From Chlamydiae bacterium RIFCSPLOWO2_12_FULL_45_20 (GTDB lineage Bacteria; Chlamydiota; Chlamydiia; Chlamydiales; SM23-39), in contig MGMD01000010.1 in NCBI GenBank assembly GCA_001796285.1, positions 65,415-129,414 on the forward strand: DNA of 64,000 bases. Reading direction: 5' to 3'. Numbering within the stretch: the stretch's first letter is position 1; every line of letters begins with the position of its first letter. The notes below the pieces were generated by a model. It was not told the DNA's origin, did no database searches, and was given only the letters and a program-made list of their open reading frames with translations. The position numbers and the translations under genes are program-made. This document shows positions 1-9,124 of this stretch, piece after piece.

Positions 1-7
1 AGAAGAG

Positions 8-37
8 TTGACACCGTTTATCGATTGGGGATACGAT
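8..37 (+). promoter_or_regulatory. putative sigma66/sigma70-type promoter for the UXS gene
   Basis: TTGACA (8-13), 18-nt spacer, TACGAT (32-37), upstream of the ATG at 73. Confidence 0.4.
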
Positions 38-72
38 GAGGCAAGCTGTCGGTTAAGATTGATTACCCTGGC

Positions 73-1032
73 ATGAGAAAAGAGAAGAGAAAGCAAATAC
101 TAATTACCGGAGGGGCTGGCTTTTTAGGCTCCCACCTTTCAGAAAGACTTTTGAAAGAAGGCCACGAGATCATTGTGGTCGATAATTTATTTACGGGCTC
201 TCGAGACAATATCCATCACCTTTTTTCATCGAACCAATTCAGGTTCCTACAGCACGATATTTGTTTGCCGCTGGATCTCGAGGTAGCTGCAATTTATAAT
301 TTTGCCTGCCCCGCCTCTCCGCTTCACTATCAAATAGACCCGATCCAAACGACAAAAACATCTGTTTTAGGCGCGTTGAACCTTTTGGAGCTTGCAAAGC
401 GCTTTAGGGCCCCAATCCTCCAGGCATCCACTTCTGAGGTGTATGGCGACCCACAAGTCCATCCTCAACCTGAAGAATACTGGGGTCATGTCAATCCGAT
501 CGGGCCCCGCGCTTGCTATGATGAGGGGAAAAGATGTGCTGAAACTCTTTTCTTTGATTACCATCGCGAACATCAGGTGCCCATTAAAGTGGCTCGCATT
601 TTTAACACTTATGGACCAAGGATGCACCCTGAAGACGGCCGGGTTATTTCTAATTTCATCGTCCAGGCGTTAAGAAATGACCCTATTACGATTTATGGGG
701 ATGGTTTTCAAACCCGATCCTTTTGCTACGTGGACGATTTGATTGAAGTAGTGATTCGCCTGATGAATTCAGATCAAAGAGGCCCGATCAACATTGGGAA
801 TCCAGCTGAGTTTCGCGTTCTCGATGTGGCTTATGAAGTGATTCGTTTAACGAATTCAAAATCTCCCATCATCTATAAACCACTGCCTATTGATGATCCC
901 AAACAACGGCGGCCCAACATTGAAAAAGCAAAACAACTGCTGGGGTGGGAACCAAAAGTATCCCTGGAAGAGGGTCTCAAAGAGACGATTGCTTACTTTG
1001 AAGAGTTCTTGAGAATTTCCCGCCATTTATAG
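73..1032 (+). CDS. UDP-glucuronate decarboxylase (UDP-xylose synthase), extended SDR family
   Basis: [12 protein letters not shown] Rossmann motif, [21 protein letters not shown] (YxxxK), [10 protein letters not shown]. Confidence 0.9.
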   Translation: MRKEKRKQILITGGAGFLGSHLSERLLKEGHEIIVVDNLFTGSRDNIHHLFSSNQFRFLQHDICLPLDLEVAAIYNFACPASPLHYQIDPIQTTKTSVLGALNLLELAKRFRAPILQASTSEVYGDPQVHPQPEEYWGHVNPIGPRACYDEGKRCAETLFFDYHREHQVPIKVARIFNTYGPRMHPEDGRVISNFIVQALRNDPITIYGDGFQTRSFCYVDDLIEVVIRLMNSDQRGPINIGNPAEFRVLDVAYEVIRLTNSKSPIIYKPLPIDDPKQRRPNIEKAKQLLGWEPKVSLEEGLKETIAYFEEFLRISRHL

Positions 1033-3863
1033 ATCATTTGTGAGGCTAATGGAGCCAATTCCTTTCCAGAATCTCCATAGCGAAGAAACACGACGACAAC
1101 CAACTCGGGGCTTTGGTAATGCGGTTCGGCAAAAGACGCAGCTGCAAACCAAGTGTATTTGTAGATTTGGGGGGAGCTTGAGGGATTATAAGATAATTTA
1201 CCCATAATTTCTGCGGTGCCCGTTTTCGCTACCATGTGATGTTTGAGATCGATGTACTCACGCAGGATGTTTGGATGGGCCAGGAGTCCTCTAATGGCGC
1301 TAGGGCGAGCACTGCCTTTGACTCCAGAGACGACGAGATCCATTGCTTCTAAAAGAGTGCGCTGAATTTTTGCATCCATGGGAATTTCCCGGATGCTTTG
1401 CATGCAAAGCTCATGTTCTTGAGCCATCGTATGATCGGTGATTTTTTTAACGATTGTTGGTTTAAGGAATAGCCCACCGTTCGCAATCGAGGTGAGCATG
1501 GCAGCGGTTTGTAGAGGGGTGGTGAGGAGGGTATGCTGACCGATCGAGGTTGAATAAAGCCCTGTTCTATTGATTTTTAAATCATTTGGGACATTGCCTT
1601 TATTTTCATGGGGAAGATCGATGCCTGTTTTCTGTCCATATCCAAAGAGTTTTGCGGCTTTTAATAGGTCTTCAGGATCGTGAAAATAGTCTCCTGCAAG
1701 AATGGCAAAATAGGGGTTTGAGGATCTTTCAATGGCTGTAGTCAGATCGATTTTTCCCATGTTGCGGGAGGCGCTTTTAGGGAGACGGCCTCCTTTGTAA
1801 TAGCGAGGATAAAGCTGTCCTCCCAGAGTTTTTCCCACTCCCTTTTGACTGGTTTCATCAAGCATTTGAAACGCGATGTTTTGAAAGAGCGCCTCATAAG
1901 CTGTGACGAGCTTAAAAACCGAGCCAGGTGGTACTCCCGATTGAAAGGCATAAGATCGATTAAAGCCATAACCGCCGACTGGATAGAAGCTAGCAGCCAT
2001 GTCCTGCTCCGTTTGATGGCTGCGGTGCCGAAGGGTTTTGTAGTTCCCTAAAAGGGGTCGTGTCAGCTCTGAAAAGGAACGGAATGTCCGAATTAAGTCT
2101 TCCGGCATTTCTGGACTGGCAAGTTGCAAGAATTTATTTTCTTCCCAAAAGGTTTGAAAGAGTTCATTTTCTTTTTTATCTAAGTAATCGATGAATGGGC
2201 GGGCGTAGGATTTTTTCTCCTTTTCTTCCTTTCTTTTTTCTTCTAGAAACATTTTTTCGTGAAGCGCTCTCCATTGCTTAAATTCGTTATTACGAAAGGC
2301 TTCTTTTGCCTTGATTCGCGCAGCTCTTTCAGTTTTTAGAAAAGTTTGGCAAAGAGTGCGATATTGGGCAATCGGCATGGAGCCTATCTGAACGAGTAAT
2401 GCGTCTGTGAATGCAGGAGCATAGACGACCGTTCGGGCAAGGTCGACAGCAAAAGGCAGATCCTCTTTGGGAAGGAAGAGTGCATCAAGCCTTTTTTGGA
2501 TTTCTATAGGTACCTTGAGTCCCTCACGATGGAAGTAGAGCATTGCTTCGTAATCTTCTTGAATTTGGACCGCTTTCCCCACGTTCATCTTTTCGAAAAA
2601 TTTGTAGATAGGCTTGTCTTTATCAAAAAGAGTTTCAAGGAAAAAATCCCAACTAATGGCTTGTATTTCCTCCGTAGATCTTTCTCTTTCCAGAACCTCG
2701 ATCCCATCCCACAAAGAGCCGATGAAGGAGCTGTTTTCAAGCCATCGGTTCATTTGGCTAGTTTTTCCGACATTAAAGATTGAGTCTTTTGTATAAATGA
2801 AATCATTGGGATCGAAGCGTGGATGGCTTGCCATTGCGATGACTTCGCCTGTATTAGGGTCCATGGCGACAATTGCGCCTCCTTTGATCCAAGGCTGCTT
2901 TTGAATTTTTCTTGTTTTGTCAGCTGGGTCATATCCTCGGCTCCTCCCATCGCGGGTTCGTTCGTCAAGACGGAGTAGTTTTTCTGCAAACTCTTGTAGC
3001 TCGCTGGATAGGGACAATGTGATTTGTTTGCCAGAGATGGGCTCTTTTCGAGAAATTTCGCGAATAAAGCGCCCTTTTTGGTCTACCTCAAAAGTTTTTT
3101 TACCCCAAACCCCCCTAAGAGCTTCTTCATGCTGCGCTTCGATCCCTGTTTTCCCAATGAGATCATGGATTGCATAAGCTTTTTCTTTAAGCTCTTTCAG
3201 TCGATCCTGATCCTCCTGTTCAAAGTAGTCAGAAGCGGCTTGGAGTTCGCTCATTTCTTGAGCGATACGGGCATATTCCTTTGGGTTGATCGCGCCCATT
3301 GTCCCAATGATAGCGCTGCCTGTTTTCCCAAGAGGGTAGTGCCTGAGCTGGGCGATTTCAGCTGAAATACCAGGCCAATCTTTTTCCAGCATCCGTAGTT
3401 GGTAATACTCAGATTCGCTCAATGAAGCTTTGATGATGTAGGGCACATGGGGAAAAAGCGCGGCTTTGGAGTGGATCAGGTCTTCGATCCGGTCTACGTT
3501 GAGCTGGAGAGTAGAGGCCAAGATTTTGGAAAGAGATTGAATGTATTCTTTACGGAGAAATATTTTGACTTGTTTGCGGTCTGGACCCGTTTGCCAAGAT
3601 ATTCTTGGGATTTCTGCAATTTGGGCGTAGTAAATGGCTGCATTGTACGAAATGCGGTTTACGGCGAGGGGGATACCAAATCGATCTACAATGACCCCTC
3701 GATCTGCGCGAATTAAAAGAGTTTTTTGCTGGGGTTTTTCAGCCTCTTGCAGTCTTTCTTCTCTTTGAATGACTCCGAGATGCCAAATTCTTAGGCAAAT
3801 CAAGAGGAAGAAGACAAGAAACACTCGGAGGATACGCTGGATTTTTTTGCCTGTACTCATCAT
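993..3863 (-). CDS. mrdA: penicillin-binding protein 2 (class B transpeptidase, chlamydial long form)
   Basis: N-terminal TM anchor, RGVIVDR dimerisation motif, SVFK (SxxK), SSN (SxN), KTG. Confidence 0.9.
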   Translation of the reverse strand: MMSTGKKIQRILRVFLVFFLLICLRIWHLGVIQREERLQEAEKPQQKTLLIRADRGVIVDRFGIPLAVNRISYNAAIYYAQIAEIPRISWQTGPDRKQVKIFLRKEYIQSLSKILASTLQLNVDRIEDLIHSKAALFPHVPYIIKASLSESEYYQLRMLEKDWPGISAEIAQLRHYPLGKTGSAIIGTMGAINPKEYARIAQEMSELQAASDYFEQEDQDRLKELKEKAYAIHDLIGKTGIEAQHEEALRGVWGKKTFEVDQKGRFIREISRKEPISGKQITLSLSSELQEFAEKLLRLDERTRDGRSRGYDPADKTRKIQKQPWIKGGAIVAMDPNTGEVIAMASHPRFDPNDFIYTKDSIFNVGKTSQMNRWLENSSFIGSLWDGIEVLERERSTEEIQAISWDFFLETLFDKDKPIYKFFEKMNVGKAVQIQEDYEAMLYFHREGLKVPIEIQKRLDALFLPKEDLPFAVDLARTVVYAPAFTDALLVQIGSMPIAQYRTLCQTFLKTERAARIKAKEAFRNNEFKQWRALHEKMFLEEKRKEEKEKKSYARPFIDYLDKKENELFQTFWEENKFLQLASPEMPEDLIRTFRSFSELTRPLLGNYKTLRHRSHQTEQDMAASFYPVGGYGFNRSYAFQSGVPPGSVFKLVTAYEALFQNIAFQMLDETSQKGVGKTLGGQLYPRYYKGGRLPKSASRNMGKIDLTTAIERSSNPYFAILAGDYFHDPEDLLKAAKLFGYGQKTGIDLPHENKGNVPNDLKINRTGLYSTSIGQHTLLTTPLQTAAMLTSIANGGLFLKPTIVKKITDHTMAQEHELCMQSIREIPMDAKIQRTLLEAMDLVVSGVKGSARPSAIRGLLAHPNILREYIDLKHHMVAKTGTAEIMGKLSYNPSSSPQIYKYTWFAAASFAEPHYQSPELVVVVFLRYGDSGKELAPLASQMIYKWREILKNSSK

Positions 3864-3955
3864 GAGGGATCATCTCGACTTTGTACATTTCTTGCACTTA
3901 TCTGCCTAGAGAGACAGAATCCAGTACAATTAAAGTGCTTCGGAAGGGTAGAAAA

Positions 3956-4047
3956 TACCTTTCTTGTGAAATTTCTTAAACTGAATTTTGCCTCTCTCGG
4001 CAGCTTCGTCCAAAAAATCGACAGAACCTAATTTCGAAAGAGGTCTA
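3956..4047. repeat. degenerate copy of the TA-flanked palindromic element
   Basis: right end AATTTCGAAAGAGGTCTA (reverse complement TAGACCTCTTTCGAAATT); degenerate left end TACCTTTCTTGTGAAATT. Confidence 0.5.
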
Positions 4048-4176
4048 TTGTAAAAATAATTTCATCCTGCAGTGGGAAGTCTCTAAGGTCTGAGTTCACA
4101 TGGGCGTTTCAATTCTCCTTGAGAAAAATCGTGTTTTAAGGTAAAAGTGTGCTTTCGATTTTTTAATTTTAGGCGT

Positions 4177-4247
4177 GCGCCTGTAGTTCAATGGTAGAAC
4201 AGTAGCCTTCCAAGCTACGAGTGTCAGTTCGATTCTGTCCAGGCGCT
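4177..4247 (+). tRNA. tRNA-Gly (TCC)
   Basis: acceptor stem GCGCCTG/CAGGCGC, anticodon arm GTAGC-CTTCCAA-GCTAC, TTCGATT T-loop; CCA not encoded. Confidence 0.93.
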
Positions 4248-4274
4248 AAATCTAAACAATTTTTGAGGAGCATT

Positions 4275-5063
4275 TTGGCTACAGCACAGAAAGAAGCAGG
4301 AGTAACAATCAGACAGTTGCTTGAATCAGGGGCCCATTTTGGGCATCAGACTCATCGATGGAATCCGAAGATGAAGAGGTTTATCTTTGAGGCGAGAAAT
4401 GGCATTTATATTATCGACTTAGCTAAGACTTTACAGCAGCTTCGTTCTGCGGTTGATGTTGTGCGAGAGGTGGTAAAGAAGCGAAAATCCATTCTTTTTG
4501 TTGGGACCAAAAAGCAGGCTAAGGCTGTTGTGAGAGAGTGCGCAGAGGAGTGCGGGGAGTTTTATGTTTGTGAGCGGTGGCTTGGTGGTACGTTGACCAA
4601 TTTGCAGACGATTCGCCAGTCTGTAAAGACTTTGGAGCGGATTGAGAAGCGGATTGCGGCCGGCGGCGAAGGATTTACCAAAAAAGAGATGTCTCTTATG
4701 GGTAAAGAGAGGGAGAAACTCGATCGCAACCTATCGGGAATTCGGACGATGAGAAAAATCCCAGGGCTGCTGGTTGTCGTGGATCCTGGTAAAGAACACA
4801 TTGCTGTGGCTGAGGCGAATATTTTGGGTATTCCTGTGATGTCGCTTGTAGATACGAACTGTGACCCTGATCCTATTGATCATGTAATTGCGTGTAATGA
4901 CGATGCATTAAAAAGCATCAAAGTCGTTTTGTCTTCAATTATGCAAGCGATTATCGACCAAAAAAATGATATGAACATTCCCTCCTCAAAAGAAGGTGAT
5001 GAGGAAGAGTCTTCTGAGTCTGAAGAATCGGATGAGGAAGAGTTTGAGTCAGATGATGAATGA
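4275..5063 (+). CDS. rpsB: 30S ribosomal protein S2
   Basis: GAHFGHQTHRWNPKM, DTNCDPD; start moved to TTG 4275 after SD GAGGAG because the ORF-track start overlaps the tRNA. Confidence 0.97.
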   Translation: MATAQKEAGVTIRQLLESGAHFGHQTHRWNPKMKRFIFEARNGIYIIDLAKTLQQLRSAVDVVREVVKKRKSILFVGTKKQAKAVVRECAEECGEFYVCERWLGGTLTNLQTIRQSVKTLERIEKRIAAGGEGFTKKEMSLMGKEREKLDRNLSGIRTMRKIPGLLVVVDPGKEHIAVAEANILGIPVMSLVDTNCDPDPIDHVIACNDDALKSIKVVLSSIMQAIIDQKNDMNIPSSKEGDEEESSESEESDEEEFESDDE

Positions 5064-5072
5064 GAGGGGAGT

Positions 5073-5924
5073 GTGATGAAAGAGATCACTGCAGATATGA
5101 TTAAGGAGCTGCGCGAGCGTACGGGCGTTGGCATGGGTAAGTGTAAAGAAGCTCTTGTTTTAGCCGAGGGAGATATTGAGAAAGCGATTGACGTTCTGCG
5201 AAAAGCTGGCATGGCTTCTGCGGCAAAAAAAGAGGGGCGTGAAACAAAGGAGGGGTTGATTGTTACAGCAGAGGACAAGCAACGTCTAGTTCTTATAGAG
5301 GCGAATGCAGAAACAGACTTTGTTGTGCAAAATGACCGCTTTAAACATTTTGTTCACGACTGTATAAAACAGGCTCTAGAAGGTCAAGTAGGATCATTGG
5401 AAGGGCTTATGAAGATGCCTTACTACAAAGACAAGACGATCACCTTAGATCAATACCGCAATTTAGTGATTCAAGCGCTTGGAGAAAATATTCAAATTCG
5501 GCGTATTGAGACAATAACCAAGCATCCGAATAGCTCCTATGGTATTTATTCTCACATGGGGGGTAAGCTCTTGGTTGTAGTGGAAGTGGAAGGGGCTCAT
5601 GGTGAGGATGCGATTGCCAAGGAAGTGGCAATGCATGTGGCTGCTGAGAACCCAGATTATGTGACTGCTGAAGAAGTTCCTCCGACGGTTATTGCGAGGG
5701 AAGAGGAGATCGCGCGTTCCCAAGTGAAAGACAAGCCTTCGAATATTGTCGATAAAATTGTTGCTGGAAAAGTGAAAGCATACATAGACCAGTTCTGTCT
5801 ATTGCATCAAAAATACATCAAAGATAGCAGTGTGACGGTGGCGCAATTTGTGGAGATCTGCGGCAAAAAAATTGGCAAAGTATTAAAAGTAAAGTGTTTT
5901 TGGCGCTGGAAAGTGGGCCAATAA
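5073..5924 (+). CDS. tsf: elongation factor Ts
   Basis: IKELRERTGVGMGKCKEAL, ETDFV, MHVAA; follows rpsB. Confidence 0.97.
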   Translation: MMKEITADMIKELRERTGVGMGKCKEALVLAEGDIEKAIDVLRKAGMASAAKKEGRETKEGLIVTAEDKQRLVLIEANAETDFVVQNDRFKHFVHDCIKQALEGQVGSLEGLMKMPYYKDKTITLDQYRNLVIQALGENIQIRRIETITKHPNSSYGIYSHMGGKLLVVVEVEGAHGEDAIAKEVAMHVAAENPDYVTAEEVPPTVIAREEEIARSQVKDKPSNIVDKIVAGKVKAYIDQFCLLHQKYIKDSSVTVAQFVEICGKKIGKVLKVKCFWRWKVGQ

Positions 5925-5962
5925 TAGACCTCAGAAATGGACGCCCTGAATTCACAGGAGGC
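5925..5962. repeat. TA-flanked palindromic element remnant between tsf and frr
   Basis: TAGACCTCAGAA is identical to 60440-60451; degenerate right end TTCACAGGAGGC. Confidence 0.55.
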
Positions 5963-5968
5963 AAAAAG

Positions 5969-6526
5969 ATGAGCGGAGATATAGAATCCCAAGTAAAGTC
6001 GGCTATGCAAGCGGCGTTTGAGCATCTGAAGGCTGAGCTGAAAACTCTGCGTACGGGGAGGGCGAATACGGCGATCCTCGATAAGATTACCGTTGAAGTA
6101 TATGGGTCTCGAGTGCCCCTCAAGTCGCTTGCGAACATTACAGTTCCTGAGGTTCGACAGATTGTTGTGACGCCCTTTGATCAGTCGAATGCGAATCCCA
6201 TCGCTAAGGCGATTGAGGCGGCGAATCTTGGTGTCAATCCGATGGTGGATGGGAAGCTGATTCGCATTAACATTCCCCCTATGGATGAAGCGGTTCGGAA
6301 ACAGATTGCTAAACAGTGTAAAGAGCATGGAGAGAAGACGAAAATATCTCTTCGAGACGTGCGTCGGAAGTACAATGAGCTGATTCGCAAGCAAAAAACT
6401 GATGGAACGATTCCTGAAGATCAGTTAAAAAGGCTAGAGAAGCAGATACAGGATCTGACAGACAAGTATTGTAAGGATGTTGATGAGACTTGTGTGGCGA
6501 AGGAGAAGGAGATTTTAACGATCTAG
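5969..6526 (+). CDS. frr: ribosome recycling factor
   Basis: LRTGRAN, IRINIPP, RDVRR; ATG 5969 with SD AGGAGG. Confidence 0.96.
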   Translation: MSGDIESQVKSAMQAAFEHLKAELKTLRTGRANTAILDKITVEVYGSRVPLKSLANITVPEVRQIVVTPFDQSNANPIAKAIEAANLGVNPMVDGKLIRINIPPMDEAVRKQIAKQCKEHGEKTKISLRDVRRKYNELIRKQKTDGTIPEDQLKRLEKQIQDLTDKYCKDVDETCVAKEKEILTI

Positions 6527-6535
6527 CGCTCTTTG

Positions 6536-6565
6536 TTGCAGAAAATAAACAAGATAAGATAAAAT
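6536..6565 (+). promoter_or_regulatory. putative promoter of the tRNA-Glu/tRNA-Lys pair
   Basis: TTGCAG-18 nt-TAAAAT, 30 nt upstream of tRNA-Glu. Confidence 0.35.
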
Positions 6566-6594
6566 CGGTCTCGATTTTAGTGGATTTGGATTAA

Positions 6595-6669
6595 GGCCCC
6601 ATCGTCTAGCCAGGCCTAGGACATCAGATTTTCATTCTGCGAACAGGGGTTCGAATCCCCTTGGGGTCA
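6595..6669 (+). tRNA. tRNA-Glu (TTC)
   Basis: GGCCCCA...TGGGGTC acceptor stem, TTTTCAT anticodon loop, AGGGGTTCGAATCCCCT T-arm. Confidence 0.93.
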
Positions 6670-6708
6670 AATTCTTTTCCCTCTGAGTGTGTGTTGGAGG
6701 GATTACAT

Positions 6709-6780
6709 GAGACTTTAGCTCAGTGGTAGAGCATCTCACTTTTAATGAGAGGGTCGATGGTTCGAACCCATCAAGTCTCA
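6709..6780 (+). tRNA. tRNA-Lys (TTT)
   Basis: GAGACTT/AAGTCTC acceptor stem, TCTCA-CTTTTAA-TGAGA anticodon arm, GATGGTTCGAACCCATC T-arm. Confidence 0.94.
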
Positions 6781-6883
6781 AACTTTTATCCCGTTCAATT
6801 CATTGCATTTAGGCAATAATCAGCTAGACTCAAATAAAAATTGAGTCTATGATTTTGTTCAAATGGTGCAGCGAAAAACAAAC

Positions 6884-6924
6884 TTAACCAGCACTTCATC
6901 CCATCGCTCAAACCCTAAATCAAA
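6884..6924 (+). repeat. island-associated ~40-bp repeat, copy 1 (direct copy ~9041-9081, inverted degenerate copy ~8508-8531)
   Basis: CCAGCACTTCATCCCATCGCTCAA(A/T)CCCTAA(A/C)TCAAA. Confidence 0.75.
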
Positions 6925-6934
6925 AGGCTAGAGC

Positions 6935-7318
6935 ATGGCATCGATCTACAAAAGAAAATCCAAAGACGGCAAGTCCACAGTTTGGCGCGCCATCATTCGT
7001 ATCAAAGGCTACCCCACCACCTGTAACACTTTCGAACGCAAGCAAGAGGCAGATGACTGGGTCAAAGACACCGAGCGCCGCATCAAGCTTGGCCAGTACA
7101 ACTTTGAAACAAACAACACATCTCACACTTACGCTGCCCTGATCGGTCGACTCTCTCTCGATGGGGCTCTTCAACATCACCGTTCCCTTAAAAGGTTGGT
7201 GGTTGTCGAATTAAAGCTGGATAGCCAGATGGAGATTTATCTTCGATGGCTTTTAAGGAAGTTTGTTCCCAATTTTTTAAAGCGATCATTGCTTGATGCC
7301 CTGCCCAGATATTGTTAA
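6935..7318 (+). pseudogene. truncated tyrosine integrase (N-terminal arm) joined to a DUF1016/YhcG-like fragment
   Basis: MASIYKRKSKDGK..WRAIIRIKGYP..TFERKQEADDW is integrase-like; no catalytic domain; HHRSLKRLVVVELKL..QMEIYLRWL resembles the YhcG C-terminus. Confidence 0.7.
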
Positions 7319-7844
7319 GAGAAGAAAATATTCGACCCGTCCCATCAGCAATTATTCCATAAGCAATGTATCCCCCGAATGCAGGGCTTACTGTAGCACA
7401 GAATATTCCAGCGATTGTTTCGCCTACTCCGAACATAAATTCACGTATTTGGGCAGCTTGGTCTGGCGTTTTCCCCCACTCAGATTTGAAGGGTGGATAG
7501 CTGTTCAAAGCTTGTAAAGTTGGCTTATACTCTCCAATGATACGCTCATTGCCAGTGGGTTTTTTCGAAAATAGATTAAGGGAAGAGCCATACATGCGAT
7601 ACCATATGAACAACTGCTCAACCGCAATCAGCTTTAGGATGCTTTCTCCAGCTTTTTTGGCCTCATCATATGCGGATCCAAATTGCGCACTGGCTAGCGT
7701 CGACTGACCTAATGATTGCAAGACAAATGCATAATGCATATTTGAAGCATAATTGTTTTTGATATTGGGAGCTATCTCTGAACATTTTGCGTATAAAAAA
7801 GAACCATTAATTAATACGCAAAAAATCACAAAATATTTATACAT
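7188..7844 (-). CDS. hypothetical exported protein with a Gly-rich hydrophobic C-terminal hairpin
   Basis: 218-aa ORF, signal-peptide-like N-terminus, start overlaps the stop of the upstream small ORF. Confidence 0.65.
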   Translation of the reverse strand: MYKYFVIFCVLINGSFLYAKCSEIAPNIKNNYASNMHYAFVLQSLGQSTLASAQFGSAYDEAKKAGESILKLIAVEQLFIWYRMYGSSLNLFSKKPTGNERIIGEYKPTLQALNSYPPFKSEWGKTPDQAAQIREFMFGVGETIAGIFCATVSPAFGGYIAYGIIADGTGRIFSSLNNIWAGHQAMIALKNWEQTSLKAIEDKSPSGYPALIRQPPTF

Positions 7845-8064
7845 TAAATCCTCCGACAGCCATCATGAAAGTAAGATAATCTGCTGATAAGAGAAAAAAT
7901 GCTGTCACGCCACTTCCGATTGCTTTAGATAGCTCAGCAGATTTCCCGGTTTCTTTCCAAAGTTTCCAAAACTGTATGCTCTTAGGGATTAATAGGCCGA
8001 TCGATACTGTATACAGCCCAATGAAAATAATACTCTTGACTGCGCTAAACATTGCATAGGTCAT
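7837..8064 (-). CDS. small hypothetical two-TM membrane protein (75 aa)
   Basis: ATG 8064 with SD AAGGAG; two hydrophobic segments. Confidence 0.6.
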   Translation of the reverse strand: MTYAMFSAVKSIIFIGLYTVSIGLLIPKSIQFWKLWKETGKSAELSKAIGSGVTAFFLLSADYLTFMMAVGGFNV

Positions 8065-8180
8065 AAGGACTCCTTTTTCAAGCAGGCAAGTGTAAAAGAA
8101 AGTATTTTTTATGGGAAGGAGGGTTGTCGTGCTTATGTGGTGCAAAAATGGTGCAACGACTTCCCTACTGCACCATTTAT

Positions 8181-8453
8181 CCAATCGATGAAAGAAAACC
8201 AAGTCCTTTAGGGCTTGGATGAATTTCGCTTTTTCTCTATACTCGTCTTCATCGCGACAACCAAGCGATCTACGGTCGGGCAGACCGAAAGTAACGCTTC
8301 TCAGATATGAGATTGTAAGACCGAAAGAGCATGGGTCGGAACTAACCGTAAAGCTCTCTAAGGCTGGCTCAGGGGAAGAACCCACTGAAGCCTCAATCCA
8401 CCTTGGTTTGAGGCCTTAGGAATCCTCTCCATTTAGGGAGGGGAGGAAGTCAA
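8181..8453 (+). mobile_element. non-autonomous IS200/IS605-family miniature element with no tnpA or tnpB
   Basis: left end TTAT|...AAAA plus hairpin CCAAGTCC-TTTA-GGGCTTGG; right end GAAT plus hairpin CCTCTCC-ATTTAG-GGAGGGG plus AGGAAG-TCAA, matching the IS608 end architecture. Confidence 0.8.
8215..8243 (+). promoter_or_regulatory. putative sigma70-type promoter inside the IS605 left end
   Basis: TTGGAT-17 nt-TATACT. Confidence 0.45.
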
Positions 8454-8473
8454 AACCAGCAAAAACCCGTTGC
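8271..8473 (+). ncRNA. putative TnpB omegaRNA/reRNA scaffold plus flank-derived guide
   Basis: hairpins CGGTC-GGGCA-GACCG, GCCTCAATCCA-CCT-TGGTTTGAGGC and the RE hairpin ending in TCAA; begins with tnpB-tail-like codons (TVGQTESNAS). Confidence 0.6.
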
Positions 8474-8593
8474 ATCCATCAAACAACTCATTTACAATCA
8501 TGCTCATAGCGATTGGATGGTGCTGGATAAAAGGGATCTCACCCTCACTTTTAATGAGAGGGTCGATGGTTCGCTTCATACCTTTGTTATGAC

Positions 8594-8851
8594 TTGCTAC
8601 CCGACCTTTTGAAAGTCGAGGTGCCCATTTACATGATTCACGGCGAAGAGGACATCATGGTGCCTATCAAGAGTGCCGACCTCATTCAAGAGGCTTTTGA
8701 TCAAGCTGGAAAGATGAATCTTCAATATGCTCGCTATGATGATCTCGGGCATGCCTTAACAGGGCGCGAAGATGTCTACGCGCCGATGCTCGATTGGATA
8801 TGCGATAAAAGCTTCTCATCTTCTGCGTCTGTTGACCCCCAGGTTGAATAA
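8594..8851 (+). pseudogene. C-terminal fragment of an alpha/beta hydrolase
   Basis: PIYMIHGEEDIMVP and YDDLGH (catalytic Asp/His region); no GxSxG N-terminal part; starts right after the att copy. Confidence 0.65.
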
Positions 8852-9124
8852 AATCCCAATACGCAAATTTACGCACTTGACCAAGTAAAACTGGCTCAAA
8901 TAGCCCCAAAAAGCAGCTACTTGCCATTTCGCTAGCTCGTTAATCCTGTCGCTGCTGTGTCTTCGAGTTCTTTTGGTGCAATGGCGGTGCAACGAAGTTC
9001 GTATTGCCGTCAAAATCCAGTGCTGCAACGAAGAAAACATTTACCCAGCACTTCATCCCATCGCTCAATCCCTAACTCAAATAGTGGAGAACAAACTAAG
9101 CCGAATGTGTATTAACAAATTTTC

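Larger units (their letters stand above)
6735..8573. mobile_element. decayed tRNA-Lys-integrated element bounded by 30-bp att direct repeats
   Basis: CTCACTTTTAATGAGAGGGTCGATGGTTCG at 6735-6764 (inside the tRNA) and again at 8544-8573; integrase remnant next to the tRNA. Confidence 0.8.

Noticed and set aside
4221-4274. extended rpsB N-terminus
   Set aside because: Overlaps tRNA-Gly; an SD supports TTG 4275.
4990-5063. GAR/GAT-rich low-complexity tract
   Set aside because: It simply encodes the acidic tail of S2.
5807-6394. antisense ORFs over frr and many other shadow ORFs in the track (e.g. 63474..63962)
   Set aside because: They lie opposite or inside well-supported genes and have no recognisable motifs.
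6886-6893. AACCAGCA match to the putative omegaRNA guide upstream of the integrase
   Set aside because: Only 8 nt and preceded by AACTT rather than TTTAT; too weak to call a target.
8065-8419. N-terminal extension of ORF 7837..8385 and ORF 8219..8419
   Set aside because: They run through the hairpin-rich IS605 miniature; the real start with an SD is at 8064.
8544-8573. second tRNA-Lys gene
   Set aside because: Only 30 nt; lacks the acceptor and D arms; interpreted as an att site.
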